Shown here: positions 1-10,409 of the stretch, one piece after another | Position numbering within the stretch: position 1 is the stretch's first letter | Layout: the number at the start of each line of letters is the position of its first letter | NCBI GenBank assembly: GCA_027451965.1 | Contig: DAIDHJ010000001.1 | Coordinates: forward strand, 356,799-420,798 | DNA from: Candidatus Adlerbacteria bacterium | GTDB lineage: Bacteria; Patescibacteriota; Minisyncoccia; Phycocordibacterales; SBAW01 | Length of the DNA: 64,000 nucleotides | Reading direction: 5' to 3' | Program-made: the position numbers and the translations under genes | Notes under the pieces: generated by a model | What the model was told of the DNA's origin: nothing | Databases searched by the model: none | What the model saw: only the letters and a program-made list of their open reading frames with translations

Positions 1-756
1 GACGGATCACTCCATCGATTTACTCCTGAACGCTCCATTGAAATCCAACATGCGCTCGGAGCAGATATCATATTTGCATTCGATGAATGTACGGCACCTA
101 ATGCGGATTATGCATATCAGACAGAAGCGATGGATCGAACGCACCGATGGGCGAAAAGAAGTCTTGCCGCACATCGCAGAAATCTTGATCAACGCCAAGG
201 ATTGTGGGGAATTGTACAAGGAGGCAGATTTGCTGATCTGCGCATCCAAAGCGCCAAGGAACTTGCTTCCATGGATTTTGACGGATACGGGATTGGTGGA
301 TCTTTTAGTAAGCACGACATTCTCGGGATTCTCGATATGGTGAACAGGGAATTGCCGCCGGAGAAAGCGCGCCATTTATTGGGCATCGGAGAACCAGAAG
401 ATCTTTTTATCGGCGTGGCTGCAGGGATAGATACATTTGATTGTGTACTCCCTACTCGCAATGGACGCACTGGAGGTATTTATACAACATATGGAAAAAT
501 ACAGATTCCGAATGCTCAGTACGCGACGGATACGAGACCGTTGGATGAAGGTTGTGCCTGTCCGGTATGCACCATCCATACCCGTGCGTACATAAGCCAC
601 CTATTTCGTACTCATGAACTGCTCGGACCAGTACTTGCTTCCATGCACAATGTTTATTTCTTGACCAACCTTACACAACGTATTCGGCAGTCGATACTGG
701 ACGGTAGGTTTGAGGAGTTTCGCGATTCATTTCTTTCAACCTATATGGCGCGATAA
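1..756 (+). CDS. tgt: queuine tRNA-ribosyltransferase, C-terminal part (5' partial; runs off window start)
   Basis: Frame 1 from nt 1 reads ...DECTAPNADY... and is in frame with ORF 130-756. Zn-binding CxCxxC...H region (CACPVCTIH) typical of Tgt. Confidence 0.85.
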   Translation, partial: DGSLHRFTPERSIEIQHALGADIIFAFDECTAPNADYAYQTEAMDRTHRWAKRSLAAHRRNLDQRQGLWGIVQGGRFADLRIQSAKELASMDFDGYGIGGSFSKHDILGILDMVNRELPPEKARHLLGIGEPEDLFIGVAAGIDTFDCVLPTRNGRTGGIYTTYGKIQIPNAQYATDTRPLDEGCACPVCTIHTRAYISHLFRTHELLGPVLASMHNVYFLTNLTQRIRQSILDGRFEEFRDSFLSTYMAR

Positions 757-765
757 AGTATCTGT

Positions 766-2799
766 ATGAATCGATTTACTCTCGCGTCCCAATACCAACC
801 AGCAGGAGATCAACCAAAAGCCATCGATGCATTGGTAGGGGGTCTGCATGCTGGGGTACAACATCAAACATTGCTGGGTGTCACCGGCTCTGGGAAGACG
901 TTTACTATCGCCAACGTCATTGCGCAACTGCAGAAGCCCACATTGGTTATTGCACATAACAAGACATTAGCTGCACAACTGACTCAGGAATATCGTGAAT
1001 TTTTTCCGAACAATGCCGTACATTACTTTGTTTCCTACTATGACTACTACCAACCCGAGGCATACATTCCAACGAGCGATACCTACATAGAAAAAGAAGC
1101 ACAGATCAACAAAGAGATTGATCGTCTGCGACATGCTTCCACACAAGCGCTCCTTACGCGCCAGGATGTGATCATCGTTGCTTCCGTCTCTTGCATTTAC
1201 GCCTTGGGAAGCCCTGAAGAATATCGAAAGGTGCATCTTGAACTCAGTGCGGGAACGGTAAAAGACCGATCAGAACTCATCAGGGACCTCATCCGGCTCT
1301 ACTTTGTACGCACTACCGCAGATCTTACGCCGGGAACATTCCGTGCTCTTGGAAACAGCGTGGAGATCATGCCTACCGGCGAGCAGGTAATCTACCGGAT
1401 TGAGTTTGAAGGATCTCATATCGCGCAGGTGCGCATTATCGATGCGGTATCTCGAGCAGAAAAAGCCTCACTTCCATCGCTCTTTCTTTTTCCGGCAAAG
1501 CACTATGTGACGCCGGAAGACGAACGAAGCCGTGCTATTTCTGATATCAAAAAAGAACTGGCACGTCAGGTCACGAGTTTTGAACGAGCAGGAAAAATTC
1601 TTGAGGCAGAACGTATCAAACGACGAACCAACCATGATCTCGCACTTATCCGAGAAATGGGATACTGCAACGGTATAGAAAATTACTCGCGGCATTTTGA
1701 TGGAAGAAAACCGGGAGAACCTCCGTATACTCTGCTCGACTATTTTCCCCACACAAAAGATGGCAAACCTGACTTTCTCACCGTTATCGACGAATCGCAT
1801 GTTACTGTTCCTCAAATCGGCGGCATGTATGCCGGTGATCGCTCTCGAAAACAGACGCTGGTAGAGCATGGGTTCCGCTTGCCTTCTGCAATCGATAACC
1901 GACCGCTACAGTTTGAGGAATTCGAGGAACGTATCAGCCAAGTTATCTATACTTCTGCGACGCCGGGAACATATGAGCGATCCGTATCAGATACGCACAT
2001 TGTTGAACAAATTATTCGTCCGACCGGACTGATCGATCCTGAGATTATCGTCCGCCCGGTGACTGGCTCTCAGCATAGTCATGGACAAGTGGAAGATTTT
2101 TTGGAAGAAGCGGAACGAGTGATCGGCAAAAAGGGTCGTATCATGGTAACTACGCTTACCAAAAAAATGGCCGAAGATCTTTCGGAATTTCTCAAAGATA
2201 GAGGATTCAAAGCGGCATATTTGCACAGCGATGTAGAGACACTTGACCGCATCACTACGCTTACCAGTCTTCGGAAGGGGGAATTTGATGTGCTTGTAGG
2301 GGTTAATTTGCTACGTGAAGGATTAGATCTTCCTGAAGTTACCTTAGTGGCAATTCTCGATGCGGACAAAGAAGGATTCTTGCGATCCGAAACGTCCCTC
2401 ATACAAACGATCGGACGTGCAGCGCGTAATGTAGAAGGAAGGGTGATTCTGTACGCTGATACCATGACTGGATCATTGGAGCGAGCAATCGGTGAAACGA
2501 ATCGTCGTCGAGCATTGCAGATGGCATATAACAAGGAACATGACATTACACCGCAAACGGTACGAAAGAACATTAAGGATATCACTGAAGAATTGCGCAG
2601 CGAACATAGTAAGGCAGTCCATGCACTGTGGGAAATAGATAAAGAACTCTACACCAAAGATCCTAAATCGTTTATCGAAGAAAAAAGAAAACAAATGGCC
2701 GAAGCGGTGAAGAATCTTGATTTTGAAACAGCCGCGCTGCTGCGTGATGAAATATACGCGCTGAGCGGTGAAAAGAAGAAGGGTAAACATAAAAAGTAG
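766..2799 (+). CDS. uvrB: excinuclease ABC subunit B
   Basis: 677 aa. Walker A GSGKTFT, helicase motifs, C-terminal UVR domain (ETAALLRDEIYAL). Confidence 0.95.
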   Translation: MNRFTLASQYQPAGDQPKAIDALVGGLHAGVQHQTLLGVTGSGKTFTIANVIAQLQKPTLVIAHNKTLAAQLTQEYREFFPNNAVHYFVSYYDYYQPEAYIPTSDTYIEKEAQINKEIDRLRHASTQALLTRQDVIIVASVSCIYALGSPEEYRKVHLELSAGTVKDRSELIRDLIRLYFVRTTADLTPGTFRALGNSVEIMPTGEQVIYRIEFEGSHIAQVRIIDAVSRAEKASLPSLFLFPAKHYVTPEDERSRAISDIKKELARQVTSFERAGKILEAERIKRRTNHDLALIREMGYCNGIENYSRHFDGRKPGEPPYTLLDYFPHTKDGKPDFLTVIDESHVTVPQIGGMYAGDRSRKQTLVEHGFRLPSAIDNRPLQFEEFEERISQVIYTSATPGTYERSVSDTHIVEQIIRPTGLIDPEIIVRPVTGSQHSHGQVEDFLEEAERVIGKKGRIMVTTLTKKMAEDLSEFLKDRGFKAAYLHSDVETLDRITTLTSLRKGEFDVLVGVNLLREGLDLPEVTLVAILDADKEGFLRSETSLIQTIGRAARNVEGRVILYADTMTGSLERAIGETNRRRALQMAYNKEHDITPQTVRKNIKDITEELRSEHSKAVHALWEIDKELYTKDPKSFIEEKRKQMAEAVKNLDFETAALLRDEIYALSGEKKKGKHKK

Positions 2800-2802
2800 A
2801 AA

Positions 2803-2824
2803 GCCCCGCTACGAGTAGCGGGGC
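2803..2824 (+). terminator. GC-rich hairpin after uvrB (GCCCCGCTAC-GA-GTAGCGGGGC); no clear T-tract
   Basis: Perfect 10-bp stem directly after the uvrB stop codon. Confidence 0.4.
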
Positions 2825-3225
2825 CTTGTGGGTGGGCAGACGCCTTAGTTGCAGCAAAGCTGCGGCAGGCAACGAAGCGGACGGCCTCGTTTGTGAATAC
2901 CCAACAGGGATATAAGGTCAGTGTGTGCCACTGTGTCCAGTCTTCGTAGGACTAGGCATGTGGTTCGGAGACACCATTGGCATGGATGAACTCCTTTTGC
3001 TTTTGCGCGATGCTTTGCGTCTGAATTGCCTTCGATTTGGCAGAGGTTAATTCGGCGACCGGCAGCGATCCTCCACGGACCATACTCCTTTTATAAAGAA
3101 CAGGGATGGACATTACCTTACACCCACTCTTAATTTTGTCAATCGAGTCATCAAGTAAGGTGGTAAGTATGCTATACTCTTCCATACGATACCCCTCGGA
3201 GGAGCCGTGGGGCAATCTGCTATAT

Positions 3226-5826
3226 ATGGAAGACATAATTCACATAAAAGGAGCAAAAACGCACAACCTCAAGAATGTTTCGTTGAGTATTCCACGCAAC
3301 AAGATGGTGGTATTTACCGGTTTATCCGGTTCAGGGAAATCTTCATTGGCATTCGATACTATTTTTGCCGAGGGACAACGCCGTTATGTCGAATCATTAT
3401 CTGCGTATGCCCGACAATTTTTACGCCAAATGCAAAAACCGGATGTGGAAGAGATTACCGGACTTTCTCCGGCTATCTCTATTGACCAGAAAAGTCGTTC
3501 AAACAACCCGCGCTCAACAGTGGCGACTGTTACTGAAATCTATGATTATCTCCGTATTTTATTTGCCCGTATCGGAAAACCACATTGTTTGATCTGTGGT
3601 AGAGAAATCAAGAAACTTTCGAATGAAGAGATCATTCAAAGTATCGTAGAAAGCATTACCAAAGCAGTCCCAAAAAAAACCCGAAAGGTACTGGATGTGG
3701 AAATGGTGGACGATACGGTAAAAATTTTTGCGCCACTGGTAGTCGGGAGAAAAGGGGAGTACTACCAACTGCTCTATGATCTTCTAGGAAAGGGATTTGA
3801 AAAAGCGAACGTTGATGGAAAACTGCTGAGTCTGCGGGAGCGTATTGTCCTTGAAAAAAACAAACCGCATGAAATTGACGTATTGGTTGATGAGATCCTT
3901 ATTTCAGAATTTTCGCGCAATCGTACTAGTGCTCTGGAACGCCTTTCTGAAGCGGTTGAACGATCGCTCCATGAGAGTGATGGACTGGTAAAAATCGAAG
4001 ACACACAAGGATCACGTATCATCTCAGCAAAATTCATGTGCCCATATGACGGATTCTCTTTCCCAGAGGTTGAACCACGCCTCTTCTCATTTAACTCTCC
4101 CTACGGCGCATGTGCGGAATGCAACGGATTAGGCACCAAGCACTTTTGGAGTGATGAACCGTGCCCAGCGTGCCACGGTGCTCGTCTGCGCCCGGAAGCT
4201 TTGAGTGTGCATATCGGGTCTCCATACAAGGATCATCCACACGGAAATAATATTGTTGATGTGACTCATTTTTCCATTGCGGATGCATTCCAATTCTTCA
4301 AATCACTCGAGTTATCAAAAAAAGAGCAAGAAATCTCCAAAACGGTCATCAAGGAAATCTGTGCTCGGTTGAAATTCATGCTGGATGTCGGTCTCGATTA
4401 TCTGACGCTTGATCGAAAAGCCAACACGCTCTCTGGTGGAGAAGCACAACGTATTCGCTTGGCTTCTCAGTTAGGATCTGGATTGGTTGGTGCACTATAT
4501 GTGCTTGATGAACCAACAATTGGATTACATCAACGCGATAATGACCGTCTTATAAAAACGTTGCTCAACCTGCGTGATCTTGGGAACACTATTGTCGTGG
4601 TAGAGCATGATGAGGATACGATCTACTCAAGTGATTTTCTTGTTGATATAGGACCGGCGGCAGGAGTGCATGGCGGTAAAATCATTGTCGCTGATTATCT
4701 GGACACGTTACTCACTGCAAAAAAAAATGAAAGCGGATCAGTGACTCTTGCATACTTGCGAGGAGAAAAAACAATTCCCGTGCCTGAAAAACGACGCAGT
4801 GCAGATAAGGGATTTATCAAAATTCGAGGAGGACAAGTGTTCAATATCAAAAATCTCTCTGTCGACATTCCTTTGGGAAGATTAGTGGCAGTAACCGGCG
4901 TATCCGGTTCAGGTAAATCGAGCTTTCTCTATGAAATTGTGTATGAGAACTTGAAAGCACGATTCGACAAGCGTTATCGAACCAACAAAATACACAACGC
5001 TGCTTCCGTGGAAGGTCTGGAACAACTTTCTCGAGCTATTCTCATTGATCAGTCGCCCATCGGCCGTACACCACGATCAAACCCGGCTACGTACACCGGT
5101 ACTTTTACCTTCATCAGAGATTTGTTTGCTGCCACTACTGAAGCTCGAGCGCGAGGATGGAAATCAAGCCGCTTCTCATTCAATGTACCACAAGCTCGCT
5201 CAGGCGGACGTTGTGAAGCCTGCGAAGGAAACGGGGTAATTGCCATTGAAATGCACTTTCTTCCAACGGTGTATGTCACCTGTGATGTATGCAATGGAAA
5301 GCGATTCATGAAAGAAACACTGGAAGTGAAATATAAAAAGAAGAGCATTTACGATGTGCTTACGATGACCGTAGAAGAAGCACTTGAGTTCTTTAACGAT
5401 ATTCCTGCTATCTATGACCGCCTTAAAACCCTTGATGAGGTTGGTTTAGGGTATCTTGAACTCGGACAAAGCGCGACAACCTTATCCGGTGGAGAAGCAC
5501 AGCGAGTAAAAATAGCTGCTGAGTTATATCGACCACATCTCCAGAAAACAATATATCTGCTTGATGAGCCGACGGTCGGTCTTCATTACGAAGATGTTGC
5601 GAAACTTATTGATATCCTTAATCGATTAGTGCTCGCCGGCAATACGGTGATGCTTATTGAGCATAATATGGATGTCATAAAGAATGCGGATTGGATTCTT
5701 GATTTCGGTCCGGAAGGAGGAATAGGGGGCGGCACATTGGTAGCTAAAGGCACGCCAGAAGATATAGCAGAGAACAAGCATTCGCACACCGGCGCATATC
5801 TCAAAAAAGCATTGCGCCGCTCATAG
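3226..5826 (+). CDS. uvrA: excinuclease ABC subunit A
   Basis: Tandem ABC ATPase modules ([17 protein letters not shown] x2, Zn-finger CxxC pairs). Homology begins at [16 protein letters not shown] (ATG 3226). An alternative upstream ATG at 3169 has a better SD (AAGGTGG). Confidence 0.92.
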   Translation: MEDIIHIKGAKTHNLKNVSLSIPRNKMVVFTGLSGSGKSSLAFDTIFAEGQRRYVESLSAYARQFLRQMQKPDVEEITGLSPAISIDQKSRSNNPRSTVATVTEIYDYLRILFARIGKPHCLICGREIKKLSNEEIIQSIVESITKAVPKKTRKVLDVEMVDDTVKIFAPLVVGRKGEYYQLLYDLLGKGFEKANVDGKLLSLRERIVLEKNKPHEIDVLVDEILISEFSRNRTSALERLSEAVERSLHESDGLVKIEDTQGSRIISAKFMCPYDGFSFPEVEPRLFSFNSPYGACAECNGLGTKHFWSDEPCPACHGARLRPEALSVHIGSPYKDHPHGNNIVDVTHFSIADAFQFFKSLELSKKEQEISKTVIKEICARLKFMLDVGLDYLTLDRKANTLSGGEAQRIRLASQLGSGLVGALYVLDEPTIGLHQRDNDRLIKTLLNLRDLGNTIVVVEHDEDTIYSSDFLVDIGPAAGVHGGKIIVADYLDTLLTAKKNESGSVTLAYLRGEKTIPVPEKRRSADKGFIKIRGGQVFNIKNLSVDIPLGRLVAVTGVSGSGKSSFLYEIVYENLKARFDKRYRTNKIHNAASVEGLEQLSRAILIDQSPIGRTPRSNPATYTGTFTFIRDLFAATTEARARGWKSSRFSFNVPQARSGGRCEACEGNGVIAIEMHFLPTVYVTCDVCNGKRFMKETLEVKYKKKSIYDVLTMTVEEALEFFNDIPAIYDRLKTLDEVGLGYLELGQSATTLSGGEAQRVKIAAELYRPHLQKTIYLLDEPTVGLHYEDVAKLIDILNRLVLAGNTVMLIEHNMDVIKNADWILDFGPEGGIGGGTLVAKGTPEDIAENKHSHTGAYLKKALRRS

Positions 5827-5831
5827 CGCAT

Positions 5832-7106
5832 ATGACACTTACTGAATTTAGAAAAAAAAGCCAGAAAATACCGGATACACCGGGTGTGTATTTTTTTCTG
5901 GATAGACGTAAGAAGATTCTCTATATCGGGAAAGCGACCAGTTTGCGCGACCGTATCCGGAGTTACTTCTCAAGTGACGTGGTTACCACCCGCGGAAATT
6001 TTATTCATTCCATGGTGGAACATGCTCGTATGATCGAATGGCGTACTACCGATTCGGTGTTGGAAGCTCTCATCCTTGAAGCAAATCTCATCAAACATTA
6101 CAAACCGCATTACAACACGCTGGCAAAAGACGATAAAAGTTTTAATTATGTCGTAATCACCAAGGAAGATTTCCCTCGCATTCTTCTTGTACGAGGGAAG
6201 AATCTTGAACGAGAATTTCCTGGATCCGCGCGTTGGTATACGTTTGGACCATTTCCATATGGGTTACAATTGAAAGAGGCGTTACGTCTCGTGCGAAAAA
6301 TTTTTCCCTATCGAGATACTTGCATTCCAGCTACACACACTATCGCACAAGGGAAAAAACCAAAATCCTGTTTCAATCACCATATCGGTCTGTGCCCGGG
6401 AATATGTTCCGGAACCATTGATAAAAAACAATATCGGCATATTGTCAGGCATATCACACTCCTGTTTCAAGGAAAGAAAAAAGTACTTCTGCAGGAATTG
6501 GAGCGGGATATGAAGCAGGCGGCAAAAGAGGAGCAGTTTGAAGAAGCAAGCAAGCTTCGTGGACAGATTTTTGCACTGAAATATCTTGAAGATATTGCAC
6601 TGGTAAAAGATGAATTTCATGATCCCGCTGCAGTAATTGCCAAACGGGTAGAGGCCTATGATGTTGCGCACCTGCAAGGATCTGCCGCTGTGGGGGTGAT
6701 GTCCGTAATAGCAAATGATTCGCCACAGAAAAATCAGTATCGAAAGTTTCGTATTCGCACGGCATCTTCAGGTGATGATCCTGGAGCTCTGCATGAAATT
6801 CTGACTCGACGATTAGGACATGATGAGTGGCCGCTTCCGCAGCTAATTGTGGTTGATGGAGGCACTGCGCAAATACGCGTTGCACAGCGCGTACTGAAGG
6901 AGTATGGCATTACCATACCAGTTGTCGGTGTTGTAAAAGATGAAAAACACCGACCGAAAGAGATCAGAGGTAGGAAAGAGTTGCCGATAGGAAGCGTTGC
7001 AAGCGATATTTCCGAGCGTACTATTCTATTGGCAAATGCGGAAGCACATCGATTCGCAATTGGGTATCACCGTCTCAGAAGTCGAAAAGAAAAAGGTATA
7101 TACTAA
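5832..7106 (+). CDS. uvrC: excinuclease ABC subunit C, short form (GIY-YIG + UVR + RNaseH-like endonuclease domains; no C-terminal HhH2)
   Basis: N-terminal GIY-YIG (GVYFF...ILYIGKA), UVR motif (EEQFEEASKLRGQIFAL), EAHRFAIGYHR near the end. Protein ends at 424 aa, immediately before ddl. Confidence 0.85.
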   Translation: MTLTEFRKKSQKIPDTPGVYFFLDRRKKILYIGKATSLRDRIRSYFSSDVVTTRGNFIHSMVEHARMIEWRTTDSVLEALILEANLIKHYKPHYNTLAKDDKSFNYVVITKEDFPRILLVRGKNLEREFPGSARWYTFGPFPYGLQLKEALRLVRKIFPYRDTCIPATHTIAQGKKPKSCFNHHIGLCPGICSGTIDKKQYRHIVRHITLLFQGKKKVLLQELERDMKQAAKEEQFEEASKLRGQIFALKYLEDIALVKDEFHDPAAVIAKRVEAYDVAHLQGSAAVGVMSVIANDSPQKNQYRKFRIRTASSGDDPGALHEILTRRLGHDEWPLPQLIVVDGGTAQIRVAQRVLKEYGITIPVVGVVKDEKHRPKEIRGRKELPIGSVASDISERTILLANAEAHRFAIGYHRLRSRKEKGIY

Positions 7107-7110
7107 CTGC

Positions 7111-8070
7111 ATGCGAACAGCTGTGGCAGTGTTGCGTGGCGGTCCTTCAAGTGAATATGAAGTATCGTTGAAAACCGGAGCGCATGTGCTTGAGTCACTC
7201 GCGCCGGAAAAATATGATGCCTGTGACGTATTTATTGACCGTACTGGAGTGTGGCATCTGCACGGAGCTCCCAGCACTCCTGAACAGATATTACAAGGAG
7301 TAGATGTTGTATTTAATGCTTTGCATGGGGAGTACGGAGAAGATGGAAAAATACAACGACTCCTTGATCGTCTTGCTATACCGTATACTGGCTCACGAAC
7401 TATTCCTGCAGCGCTTACCTTTCATAAACAACGAACTAAAGAGCAAGTACAAACATTAGGCATAAAGATGCCGCACAGTATCTTTGTTGAACCACAGGAG
7501 GGGAATATTGAAACGCTTGCTCTGCGCATCTTTCGTTCATTTCCGCATCCAGCCATCATCAAACCAGTGATCGGTGGTTCGTCAGTAGGAATTACATTAG
7601 CAGATTCATTTGAAGCGCTCCAGGACGGGTTGCGTCGAGCTGCGATTATTTCTCCGACGGTCATGATAGAGGAATTTATTAAGGGGAGGGAAGCAACCGT
7701 TGGTGTCATTGACCAGTTTCGCAATGAACGCACTTACGCACTCATGCCAGTGGAGATTATTCCGCCACTAGGCCATTCATTTTTTGATTATGAAGTGAAA
7801 TACAATGGAGAGAGTATTGAACGAGTGCCTGCAAATTTCTCCTATGAGCAAAAACAGGAATTAATGCGCCTTGCTCGTGTGATACATGAACAATTGGAAC
7901 TCAATCAGTACTCGCGTTCAGATTTCATAATAAGTCCTCGCGGCATCTACTTCCTTGAAGTGAATACTCTTCCAGGACTCACAAAAGAATCTTTGTTGCC
8001 TAAGGCACTTATTGCTTCTGGAATACGCATGTCTGATTTTGTTGATCATCTTATTTCTCTTACAAGGTAA
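7111..8070 (+). CDS. ddl: D-alanine--D-alanine ligase
   Basis: VAVLRGGPSSEYEVSL N-terminus, ATP-grasp motifs. ATG 7111 lies after AAAGGT; ORF-track start 6997 would overlap uvrC. Confidence 0.9.
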   Translation: MRTAVAVLRGGPSSEYEVSLKTGAHVLESLAPEKYDACDVFIDRTGVWHLHGAPSTPEQILQGVDVVFNALHGEYGEDGKIQRLLDRLAIPYTGSRTIPAALTFHKQRTKEQVQTLGIKMPHSIFVEPQEGNIETLALRIFRSFPHPAIIKPVIGGSSVGITLADSFEALQDGLRRAAIISPTVMIEEFIKGREATVGVIDQFRNERTYALMPVEIIPPLGHSFFDYEVKYNGESIERVPANFSYEQKQELMRLARVIHEQLELNQYSRSDFIISPRGIYFLEVNTLPGLTKESLLPKALIASGIRMSDFVDHLISLTR

Positions 8071-8102
8071 AAACAAAGAGCCTCATGATATATAAGGCTC
8101 TT

Positions 8103-8846
8103 TCAAGCAAACATTATTCTGTTCTTACCTTCATGTTTTGCTTTATACAAAGCTCCATCCGCCCGCTCCATTATGGATGCAATGTCTTCCCCGGGGTAGC
8201 GAGGTATTGTTACACCAATTGAAGCGGTTATTTTTATTTTCTGAGGATGCTCTCCTATTTCTATTGTGGATATTCCTTGTAAAACGCGTTCTGCTGCTTT
8301 GTGCGCTGATGCATAGGCTCTTTTATTTGAGTTCACGCGATTGGAAAAAAGACATGCAAATTCATCTCCTCCAACTCGCGCCTTCAAATCTCCTTTTCTG
8401 CAAATGCAGGCCAACAAGGTCTCCTTGATCATTTCTAGAACTTGGTTACCAGCAGGATGGCCAAGCGTATCGTTTACCTGTTTGAATCCATCTAAATCCA
8501 CTATGGCCACTCCGGAGTAAGGGTGTTTTAAGAGCTCGCGCTTAGCATGTATCTTGAAACCACGCAGATTATGGAGCTCAGTGAGCAGTGGGTCGGTGAA
8601 ATCCACTCGATCCATCGCTTCTGAGAAGAAATGATATACATCCTCCTTATGCTGTTTTACAGCAGCAAGAATTTTCTCGTTCATTTCTGAAGGAGAAAGT
8701 TGTTCTGCAAACCCTATGGCGATAAGAGGCAAGAGGTTGAGAGTGGGGAAGAGTGCGTGATATCTTTCAATAGTTTTTTCTACTGAAAGTTCTTGTGCCC
8801 GAATCTTGAGGATTTGCCCAGCTATATGATCTTTGTCTCGTTGCAT
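8103..8846 (-). CDS. GGDEF-domain diguanylate cyclase (no recognisable sensor domain)
   Basis: RVGGDEFACLF active-site motif and RxxD-like context; about 80 aa N-terminal helical region. Confidence 0.85.
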   Translation of the reverse strand: MQRDKDHIAGQILKIRAQELSVEKTIERYHALFPTLNLLPLIAIGFAEQLSPSEMNEKILAAVKQHKEDVYHFFSEAMDRVDFTDPLLTELHNLRGFKIHAKRELLKHPYSGVAIVDLDGFKQVNDTLGHPAGNQVLEMIKETLLACICRKGDLKARVGGDEFACLFSNRVNSNKRAYASAHKAAERVLQGISTIEIGEHPQKIKITASIGVTIPRYPGEDIASIMERADGALYKAKHEGKNRIMFA

Positions 8847-8925
8847 CAGAAGCCTCCTTTCTCAAAGAGCTAAGATGTGTACCTCATAAAACGCTAGCAC
8901 GTTTATCGTGCTACTCAAAGAAGTA

Positions 8926-8960
8926 TTGACAAATAGATAATAGTATGTGTATTATATGAA
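8926..8960 (+). promoter_or_regulatory. sigma70-like promoter TTGACA-18 nt-TATTAT
   Basis: Consensus -35 and near-consensus -10, read directly from sequence about 40 nt upstream of an AGGAGG RBS. Confidence 0.6.
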
Positions 8961-8995
8961 AGCAGGGTGTATTTATCTTGCAGAAGGAGGAAACT

Positions 8996-9166
8996 ATGGT
9001 TCCCAAAAGAAGGGAACAACCTCGAGGAAGGTCGCGCCTTATTCATTTACTTCTGGAAGCGAGAAAAACTTCAGAAGGATCAGAAGGAAAAGAAAAGGGC
9101 GAGACGTCCGATAATACCAACCCTGAAGAAAGCTCCGTCGAAGACGGAGCTTCTTTATATAAGTAA
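8996..9166 (+). CDS. small charged protein (56 aa; basic N-terminus, acidic C-terminus), unknown function
   Basis: AGGAGG 6 nt before ATG 8996. Consensus promoter upstream and a strong intrinsic terminator immediately downstream. Confidence 0.5.
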   Translation: MVPKRREQPRGRSRLIHLLLEARKTSEGSEGKEKGETSDNTNPEESSVEDGASLYK

Positions 9167-9203
9167 AAACCCGACTCAGTGGTGCCTGATTCGGGTTTTG
9201 TAT
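9166..9203 (+). terminator. intrinsic terminator AAAACCCGA-loop-TCGGGTTTTG
   Basis: 9-bp GC-containing stem followed by a T run. Confidence 0.7.
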
Positions 9204-9225
9204 GTACCGCAGGTATACTCTTACC

Positions 9226-10038
9226 TTATTGTAGTGTGAAGTAAGAACAGGCATGCGATTCATATAGCTCGCTTGTTATGGTTGCATAGAAGATACTCGC
9301 GTAGTAAGCGTGTCCTTGTGTATTAGGGTGCACATCTCCCAGCGGTCCAATACCATTGTTGTAGTAGTTAGATGGATCATATGCACCTGCGGCGCAATGC
9401 AGATCAACCACTGGAAATCCCATCTGGTCGATCGTGTCATTAAGTGTGGCGTTGAGATTCGAAAGTGCAGTGCGCTGCTCCATGCTAGCCCACTCTTTCC
9501 ATTCAGGAAGATTGGCAAGATTCGGTAGATTTGCCACATAGATCGATGCACCCGGAAATCCGTTGTGCAAAGCCGAACCGATAGCTTGCATGTTTGCTGC
9601 AAATGTTGACTCAACTGTAGCGGGAGTGTTTATGCCCTTCGCCTGCACAGCAGGATCAAGGGTATTGGCGCAAACGCATGACAATTCATCATTCGTTCCG
9701 ATTAAGAGAGTGATTACTTGGGTTCCTGGTGGAATTTTAGATACTTCATCTTTGATAATTCCTTCTGAATATTCTCCGGGGATAGCCAGGTTGATGAGCT
9801 GTGCCTTCAAGTCTTGCGCAACGATAACCGGAAAAGCTTGTGTCTGGATGGAAGTCGCATACAACCCGTAGGGAATCGAATCTCCCAACGACACGTATTT
9901 CGCATTTGGTCGGATCGGCGTGGGGTTGGGAATCGGGGTAGGAAATTCTAAAGGAGTGGGTGGTGTCATAGCACCACCTCCACCACCGCAGGCGGCAAGC
10001 ACCACAAGCGGTAGAAATATCAGATATTTTTTGAACAC
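9226..10038 (-). CDS. SGNH/GDSL-family hydrolase lipoprotein
   Basis: Signal peptide with lipobox (LAAC). GDSI block I, GTNDE block, DxxH (DVHPNTQGH) block V. Confidence 0.7.
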   Translation of the reverse strand: MFKKYLIFLPLVVLAACGGGGGAMTPPTPLEFPTPIPNPTPIRPNAKYVSLGDSIPYGLYATSIQTQAFPVIVAQDLKAQLINLAIPGEYSEGIIKDEVSKIPPGTQVITLLIGTNDELSCVCANTLDPAVQAKGINTPATVESTFAANMQAIGSALHNGFPGASIYVANLPNLANLPEWKEWASMEQRTALSNLNATLNDTIDQMGFPVVDLHCAAGAYDPSNYYNNGIGPLGDVHPNTQGHAYYASIFYATITSELYESHACSYFTLQ

Positions 10039-10122
10039 TCAGTTCTCCTTGCATAACAAAGAACGTAATAGCCGATTGCTATACTAGTAAAACTTCCTTT
10101 GTTATTCAAACGATACTCCGAT

Positions 10123-10194
10123 GTGGACCCGGCGAGAATCGAACTCGCGCCTCTGCAATGCGAATGCAGCATTTTACCACTGAACTACGGGCCC
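10123..10194 (-). tRNA. tRNA-Ala (anticodon CGC)
   Basis: Reverse complement folds as a cloverleaf with G3:U70 and anticodon loop TTCGCAT. CCA is encoded. Confidence 0.8.
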
Positions 10195-10195
10195 G

Positions 10196-10266
10196 TCGGA
10201 GTGCCGAGAATCGAACTCGGGTTTTACGCACCCGAAGCGTACGTAATGCCACTATACCACACTCCG
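10196..10266 (-). tRNA. tRNA-Pro (anticodon CGG)
   Basis: Reverse complement: acceptor CGGAGTG/CACTCCG, anticodon loop TTCGGGT, T-arm GAGTTCGATTCTC. Confidence 0.7.
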
Positions 10267-10294
10267 TTTTTCAAACATCCGTACTAAAGACGGG

Positions 10295-10367
10295 TGCACC
10301 CTGTAGGACTCGAACCTACGACCCCACCCGTGTGAAGGGTGTGCTCTACCAACTGAGCTAAGGGTGC
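10295..10367 (-). tRNA. tRNA-Val (anticodon CAC)
   Basis: Reverse complement GCACCCTTAGCTCAGTTGGTAGAGC...TTCACAC...GGTTCGAGTCC. Confidence 0.75.
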
Positions 10368-10409
10368 AGCAATGCCATCATAATCAAAAATCACCAAAAA
10401 GGCACTGCA

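Noticed and set aside
2829-3100. uvrB-uvrA spacer as SRP RNA (4.5S)
   Set aside because: Looked for the domain IV AGGUCAGG...GGAAG...AGCAGCC pattern. Only a loose GCAGCAAAGCUGCGGCAGG resemblance, insufficient to call.
3106-3225. ORF-track uvrA start at 3106 (40 extra N-terminal residues)
   Set aside because: UvrA homology begins at MEDIIHIKG (3226). The extension is hydrophobic and unsupported. ATG 3169 with AAGGTGG remains a possible alternative start.
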